DNA of 64,000 nucleotides from an uncultured Cloacibacillus sp. (GTDB lineage Bacteria; Synergistota; Synergistia; Synergistales; Synergistaceae): NCBI GenBank assembly GCA_937934445.1, contig CALGZM010000066.1, positions 152,335 to 216,334 of the forward strand, read 5' to 3'. Shown piece by piece: positions 58,843 to 64,000 of this stretch (position 1 is its first letter; each line of letters starts with the position of its first letter). The notes under the pieces were generated by a model. It saw only the letters and a program-made list of their open reading frames with translations, ran no database searches and was not told where the DNA came from. The position numbers and the translations under genes were made by a program.

Positions 58843-60237
58843 TCAAGCGCAGGCGCTTCTCTCCGCCTGACGCTCGCGCATGGAACGCAGCAGACGGCGG
58901 AACTCGCGGCTGAAAAGCGTGACAGTCGCTGCGACAGCTAGGAAGTCCGCTACTGGCTCGGCTAAGAATATCGCGAAGACCTTATCGTCAAAAAAGTGCG
59001 GCATTATATAGATGAACGGGATGAGCAGTATTATCTTGCGCAGCAGGGCGAGGAACGATGAGGTTTTTGAGTTGCCGAGCGCGACGAATGTCTGCTGGCA
59101 GGCTGTCTGCGCGCCCATCAGCACGACGCTCGCCATGTAGATGCGCATCGCCCAGCGCGCCGCAGCGGAGAGTTCAGGGTCTCCTGTGAATATCATGACG
59201 AAGATGCCGGGGCAGAGCAGCGACAGCGCCCAGAGCACGGCGGTATAAGCGAGGCTGGATTTGAGCAGGAGGACGAAGGCCTGTTTCATGCGCTCTGGGT
59301 TGCCCGCGCCGTAGTTGTAGCTCACTATCGGCTGCGAGCCCTGCGTGAGTCCGTGGACCGGAAGCATTGCGAACTGCATGACGCTCGAGGCTATCGTCAT
59401 TGCGCCGACGGCGAGGTCGCCGCCGTATTTCAGCAGCGACGAATTGAACGAGAGCACCAGCAGGCTTTCCGTCGACTGCATTATGAAGGGCGCGAGGCCG
59501 AGCGCGACGCATGGCATGATTACGGAGCGCGATATGCGCATATTCTCGCGCCGCAGCCTTAGCACGGTGCGCCCGCCGCAGAGGAAACGCAGCGCCCAGC
59601 CGGCGCTAGCCGCCTGCGATATGACCGTCGCCCACGCCGCGCCGCGCACGCCCATGCCGAGGACGAAGATAAAAATCGGGTCGAGCGCGATGTTTGTTAC
59701 CGCGCCTATAACGACCGTCATCATGCTGATTTTGGAAAAACCCTGCGCAGTTATGAAGACGTTCATGCCGAGCGTGAGCTGCACGAAGATCGTGCCGGCG
59801 GCGTATATTTCCATGTAGTCCGTCGCGTAGCCTATCGTCGCATCGCTCGCGCCGAAGAGCATGAGCATCGGGCGCATGAATAGGAACGAGAACGCCGTGA
59901 GGAAAACGGCAAGCGCGACGAGCGTCGCGAAGCAGCCGCCGAGTATGCGTTCCGCTGCCTTTTCGTCGCCATGGCCCATCATTATGCTCGCGCGCGGCGC
60001 GCCGCCCATGCCGATGAGGTTTGCGAACGCCGATATCAGCATGATGAGCGGGAAGCATACTCCGAGCCCCGTCAGGGCCGCGGCCCCTTCGCCCGGGATG
60101 TGGCCGATGTACATGCGGTCGACGACGTTGTACAGAGCGTTGACGACCTGCGACGCAATCGCAGGCGCGGCTAGAGTGAAAAGCAGGCGGCCTACCGGGT
60201 CCTTGCCGAGGTCTACTTCCTTCAGGACGCTTCTCAT
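58843..60237 (-). CDS. MATE-family efflux transporter (copy 1).
   Basis: 464 aa with 12 TM helices; NorM/DinF-like. Confidence 0.82.
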   Translation of the reverse strand: MRSVLKEVDLGKDPVGRLLFTLAAPAIASQVVNALYNVVDRMYIGHIPGEGAAALTGLGVCFPLIMLISAFANLIGMGGAPRASIMMGHGDEKAAERILGGCFATLVALAVFLTAFSFLFMRPMLMLFGASDATIGYATDYMEIYAAGTIFVQLTLGMNVFITAQGFSKISMMTVVIGAVTNIALDPIFIFVLGMGVRGAAWATVISQAASAGWALRFLCGGRTVLRLRRENMRISRSVIMPCVALGLAPFIMQSTESLLVLSFNSSLLKYGGDLAVGAMTIASSVMQFAMLPVHGLTQGSQPIVSYNYGAGNPERMKQAFVLLLKSSLAYTAVLWALSLLCPGIFVMIFTGDPELSAAARWAMRIYMASVVLMGAQTACQQTFVALGNSKTSSFLALLRKIILLIPFIYIMPHFFDDKVFAIFLAEPVADFLAVAATVTLFSREFRRLLRSMRERQAERSACA

Positions 60238-61661
60238 ATCTGCGCCTCAGTTTCCTCGTAAGAGCTAGGCGGCGCGCCGTCAAGCTCTCCTTTTAGCTTG
60301 TGTATGAGCCGCATTGCGAAGCCCCAGGTCAGAGCCGCGGCACAGACGAACGAAAGCGGCTGGAAAAGCCAGACCCAGCTCATCGAGACGGACGCGGCGA
60401 GGAACCATGCCATCGGCAGGCGGAAGGCGATGCAGCGGCTTATCTGCACGAGGAAGCCGTAGACGGAGCTGCCGACGGCGATGAAGAGCGCGTTGTAAAT
60501 CATGCAGTACATCGCGAACGGGTAGCCCGCCATCGTAATGCGCAGGGAGCGCACCGCGGCGTGCGCCACGTCTGGCGCGGGGCGGAAGAGCCCTATCGCG
60601 GGCCACGGCCACAGCGCAAGCAGGAGGCAGAGCGAGAGCGTGACGCAGCAGCAGATTATGAACGCGACGCGTATTCCTTCTTTTATCCTGACGAAGCTGC
60701 GCCGCCCGTAGTTGAAGGCGATGAACGGCACAAGCGCGTTGCTGACGCCCATCAGCGTGCCGAAGGCTATGTCCTCCACGCGCAGCGAAATCATCCAGCC
60801 GGCTATCGCGACGTTTCCGTAGGCTTCTGTGAGCACGCGGTTGACCGAGCCCATGCCGAGCGCGACGCTTCCGGTCGAGAGAGTGACCGGCAGGCCGATA
60901 GCGGCGACGGCGCGCCATATCGGAAACATATCGCGGCGCGGCGCTGCGAGCAGCGGAATCTGTATCGTGCTGTCGCGGCGCATCTTTCTTATAAGGTAGA
61001 CGGCCCCCGCGACGCGCCCGATGAAAGTGGCCGCGGCCGCGCCCGTCATGCCCCATCCGAAAACGAAGATAAACAGCGGGTCGAGCACGAAGTTAAGGCT
61101 GTTCGCGACTAGGAAGAAACGCAAAGGCGTCATCGTATCGCCCTGGCAGCGGAAGATGGAGTTCACAATGTAGGTGAACGATATGACGAGGGTCATCGGC
61201 GGTATCCACATGTTGTAGAGCCACGCCTGCCGCAGAGTTTCTGGGTCGGAAGCCCCGAGCATACGGAAGAAAGCGTTCGACGGACCTGGGAATAAAAACG
61301 GAAGCCAGACGAGGCTCAGCACGTAGGCGAAGGCAAGGCCGCAGCGCGCCGTGCGCCGCGCCGCTTCGATGTCGTTCTCGCCGAGGCGGCGGCCGACGAG
61401 CGCAGTAACACCGTTGCCCGCACCCTCAAGTATGGCGAAGACGCCTATCTGCACTGGGAAGGTGTAAGAAATCGCGACCATGTGGCTCTCTCCGAGCCAT
61501 GAAATGAAAATCGTATCGACGAGGTTGAAGAGCGTCTGGAAGAGCACCATGCCGATAGACGGCACGGAGAGGCGCGCCAGCGCCGAAAGCACATGCCCGC
61601 CGCCCAAGTCCACCGGGCCCTTATGAAAAAGTATGCTCTTCGCCCTTGCTGGAAACTTCAT
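60234..61661 (-). CDS. MATE-family efflux transporter (copy 2). The start was re-assigned.
   Basis: The ORF track extends to 62129, but the extension is a GC-rich artefact. The real start is the ATG at 61661 (MKFPARAK...), preceded by a GGAGGT RBS. The stop overlaps the start of copy 1. Confidence 0.78.
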   Translation of the reverse strand: MKFPARAKSILFHKGPVDLGGGHVLSALARLSVPSIGMVLFQTLFNLVDTIFISWLGESHMVAISYTFPVQIGVFAILEGAGNGVTALVGRRLGENDIEAARRTARCGLAFAYVLSLVWLPFLFPGPSNAFFRMLGASDPETLRQAWLYNMWIPPMTLVISFTYIVNSIFRCQGDTMTPLRFFLVANSLNFVLDPLFIFVFGWGMTGAAAATFIGRVAGAVYLIRKMRRDSTIQIPLLAAPRRDMFPIWRAVAAIGLPVTLSTGSVALGMGSVNRVLTEAYGNVAIAGWMISLRVEDIAFGTLMGVSNALVPFIAFNYGRRSFVRIKEGIRVAFIICCCVTLSLCLLLALWPWPAIGLFRPAPDVAHAAVRSLRITMAGYPFAMYCMIYNALFIAVGSSVYGFLVQISRCIAFRLPMAWFLAASVSMSWVWLFQPLSFVCAAALTWGFAMRLIHKLKGELDGAPPSSYEETEAQI

Positions 61662-61773
61662 CACATTACCTCCGGGCTCCGTAAAGCGGCGGAGCCTCAG
61701 GACATTATATAATAATATCAGTAAATATACAGCCGCGCCCCGCGCGGCTGACGAAACGAATGGAGGCCTGTTC

Positions 61774-62694
61774 ATGTATAAGACTTTCGACGAAATGATA
61801 AACTGCTGCGGCTGTCTCGGCGGCAGCAACGTGGTGGCGGCCTCTGCGGACGGCGAGACCGTCGAGGCGATAAAGCTTGCCTTCGACCACGGCCTCGGCC
61901 GCGCGGTGCTCGTCGGAGACGAGGCCGTGATACGCCCGGCGATGGAGGAGTTCGGAGTGGACGGCCGAGCCTGCGTCGTACACGCCGGCACGCCCGCCGA
62001 GGCGGCGCGCAAAGCCGTTGCGATAGTGCGCGAGGGCACGGGGCACACGCTTATGAAAGGGCTCATCAACACCGAAGACTTCCTGCACGCGGTGCTCGAC
62101 AAGGAGAACGGCCTGCGCACCGGGCGCATACTGAGCCACCTCGCGGTGCTCGAGATACCGGGCGAACATCACCTTTCGTTCTGCGCGGACAGCGGCTTCA
62201 TAATAGCGCCGGGGCTGAAAGAGAAAAAATACATCATCGCGAACTCACTGCGCGCGATACACGCGCTCGGCTACGAGCACGTCAACGTCGCGATTCTCGC
62301 CGCTAACGAGCGCGTCAACCCCGCCATGCCCGCGACCGTGGACGCGGCCGCGCTCGTAGAGGCGTGGCGCGCGGGCGAGTTCGACGGGCTTCCCTGCACC
62401 TGCACGATAGAGGGGCCGATGGCGATAGACGTTGTGGCATCGAAGGAGGCGGCGGAGCGCAAGGGCATTCGCAGCGTCATAGCCGGCAAGGTGGACCTCA
62501 CGATAGTGCCGGACATCGAGTGCGGCAACGTCCACTGCAAGACTCTCGTCCACTACTGTCACGCGAAGTCGGCTGGCGTCGTCCTCGGAGCCAAAGCCCC
62601 GATAATCCTCGTATCGCGCACCGACGACTACGAAACGAAATTCAACGCCATCGCGCTCTCGTGCCTTGTCGCGGGAGGAATGCACCGTTGCTGA
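61774..62694 (+). CDS. ptb: Phosphate butyryltransferase / phosphotransacylase (paralog 2).
   Basis: 306 aa Ptb-family protein. Start ATG at 61774 (MYKTFDEM...), translationally coupled to buk. Confidence 0.8.
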   Translation: MYKTFDEMINCCGCLGGSNVVAASADGETVEAIKLAFDHGLGRAVLVGDEAVIRPAMEEFGVDGRACVVHAGTPAEAARKAVAIVREGTGHTLMKGLINTEDFLHAVLDKENGLRTGRILSHLAVLEIPGEHHLSFCADSGFIIAPGLKEKKYIIANSLRAIHALGYEHVNVAILAANERVNPAMPATVDAAALVEAWRAGEFDGLPCTCTIEGPMAIDVVASKEAAERKGIRSVIAGKVDLTIVPDIECGNVHCKTLVHYCHAKSAGVVLGAKAPIILVSRTDDYETKFNAIALSCLVAGGMHRC

Positions 62695-63761
62695 TATTCG
62701 CCGCCGATCCCGGCTCGACATCGACCAAAATCGCCGTCTATGCAGATGAGCGTGTGGTATTCGAGCAAAACATCCCGTTTCCAGACGCGGAGCGCGCGCG
62801 ATATGGGACGATACTCGCTCAGCTCCCAGCGAGATACGCAGCCATAACTCCAGCGCTCTGCGCAGCGGGCTTCGGCTCGAGCCGCTTCGATGCCGCTGTC
62901 GGGCGCGGCGGGCTGCTCGCACCCGTACCGTCCGGCACGTATCTCGTCAACGGCGCGATGACGGATTGGCTGACGCGCGCGCCTCGCGGGGAGCATGCCT
63001 CGAACCTAGGGCCTTTCATCGCGCTGCGCTTCGCCGGAGAATCGCACGCGCCCGCCTATATCGTAGACCCCGTATCGGTAGACGAACTCTCCGCAGTCGC
63101 GCGCGTTTCGGGCGCGCCGGAGATAGAGCGCGGCAGCCTCGTACACGCGCTCAACCAGCGCGCTATGGCGCGCAGGGCCGCTGCGTCTTTAGGCAAAAGG
63201 TACGAGGAAAGCCGTTTCGTCGTCGCGCATCTTGGCACGGGCGTAACTATAGGAGCGCACGAATACGGACGCATCGTCGACGTGATAGGCGCAAAGGCCG
63301 ACGGGCCGTTCTCCGCCGAGCGCGCCGGCGGGCTGCCGGCCGACGCTCTTATCGAACTCTGCTTCAGCGGCAGATACACTGAGGCTGAGCTGCGCGTCAA
63401 GCTGCTCTCTGGCTGGGGCTTCGTCTCTTACCTCGGCACCCGCGACCTGCGAGAGATATTCGCGCTCGCGTTGCGCGACGGACGCGCGGCACTCGTCCTC
63501 GACGCTTTCGTCTACCAGGTCGCGAAGGGGATAGGAGAGCTCGCAGCGGCGCTCGACGGCGATATCGACGCGGTGATATTAACTGGCGGAATGGCGCACT
63601 CTCAGGAGCTTGTAGCGCGCATTACGAAGAAGATAAAATTCCTGGGCCGCGTCATGGCGCTGCCTGGCGAGAACGAGCTCGAGGCTCTCGCGCTCGGCGC
63701 GCTGCGCGTTCTGCGCGGCGAGGAGCGTGCGCGGAGTTATCCGGACGGCGCATACTTGTAG
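62688..63761 (+). CDS. buk: Butyrate (branched-chain fatty acid) kinase.
   Basis: Acetate/butyrate-kinase fold; N-terminal ...DPGSTSTKIAVY motif. TTG start at 62688 overlaps the ptb stop. Confidence 0.82.
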   Translation: MLIFAADPGSTSTKIAVYADERVVFEQNIPFPDAERARYGTILAQLPARYAAITPALCAAGFGSSRFDAAVGRGGLLAPVPSGTYLVNGAMTDWLTRAPRGEHASNLGPFIALRFAGESHAPAYIVDPVSVDELSAVARVSGAPEIERGSLVHALNQRAMARRAAASLGKRYEESRFVVAHLGTGVTIGAHEYGRIVDVIGAKADGPFSAERAGGLPADALIELCFSGRYTEAELRVKLLSGWGFVSYLGTRDLREIFALALRDGRAALVLDAFVYQVAKGIGELAAALDGDIDAVILTGGMAHSQELVARITKKIKFLGRVMALPGENELEALALGALRVLRGEERARSYPDGAYL

Positions 63762-63897
63762 AATGCGGCGCAAAGCGGCTGGAAGAAGTTAAATTTTTCT
63801 CTTTTTAGATGAGGCGTGCTATTGTCCTTCAAAACGCTGCGTCCATGATATAATACGTTCGGAAAGCAAAAATAATCTCAAGGGGATGATTTTAAGG

Positions 63898-64000
63898 TGC
63901 GTAAAAAATTTATCTCTACGTTTGTCATGTCGCTGCTTGCGGCGGCGCTCTTCGCACTTCCGTCGTTTGCGGCCGGAAACGGCGGACTTGCGCGCGACGT
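63898..64000 (+). CDS. 5' fragment of a secreted protein that runs off the window.
   Basis: GTG start (VRKKFISTFVMSLLAAALFALPSFAAGN) with signal peptide; GGGGATG RBS-like sequence upstream. Confidence 0.35.

Noticed and set aside
60234-62129. 631-aa ORF suggesting a MATE transporter with a roughly 156-aa N-terminal extension that overlaps the divergent ptb start.
   Set aside because: The extension is Arg/Ser/Pro-rich with no TM helices, and it overlaps the ptb promoter and 5' end. An internal ATG at 61661 with a GGAGGT RBS gives a normal 475-aa MATE protein.
1-64000. I searched for CRISPR arrays, tRNA/rRNA genes and transposase/IS elements.
   Set aside because: No regularly spaced short repeats, no tRNA-like cloverleaf regions and no transposase-family ORFs were recognised. 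The only recombinase is the XerC/D-family gene at 15896-16744.

Overview
This is a high-GC (~60-65%) bacterial chromosomal window, about 64 kb, densely coding, with no rRNA, tRNA or CRISPR seen. The gene content (amino-acid and organic-acid fermentation plus diderm envelope machinery such as TolC and two-partner secretion) fits an anaerobic, Synergistota-like amino-acid fermenter; the taxonomic guess is low confidence.

Contents from left to right:
- **Sensory hydrogenase operon (hfsABC-like):** a NuoE-like 2Fe-2S protein, a HydS-type [FeFe]-hydrogenase with PAS domain, and a PP2C/SpoIIE-type phosphatase, translationally coupled.
- **Two-partner secretion operon (tpsB-tpsA):** tpsA encodes a 3,130-aa filamentous exoprotein.
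- **Candidate invertible promoter switch:** directly upstream of the TPS operon, an AT-rich ~300-bp segment is bounded by perfect 18-bp inverted repeats and sits beside a XerC/D-family tyrosine recombinase.
- **Near-identical 0.9-kb duplication of gpmA:** two copies 28 kb apart.
- **Metabolic genes:** Fe-ADH, 1-pyrroline-5-carboxylate dehydrogenase (P5CDH), ptb, plsC, and hydF with a small TM1266-type regulator.
- **Low-GC island of about 4.7 kb:** GntR regulator, opine-dehydrogenase-family enzyme, YfcC transporter, ornithine-cyclodeaminase-family enzyme.
- **Tricarboxylate cluster:** citDEF citrate/citramalate-lyase-like genes, an IDH/IMDH-family dehydrogenase, two LeuC/LeuD-type dehydratase pairs, an HD protein and a FadR-type regulator.
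- **Remaining genes:** a B12-binding radical-SAM enzyme, an RND efflux system, indolepyruvate:ferredoxin oxidoreductase (iorAB) with a PaaK-type CoA ligase, two tandem MATE exporters, and a ptb-buk pair.
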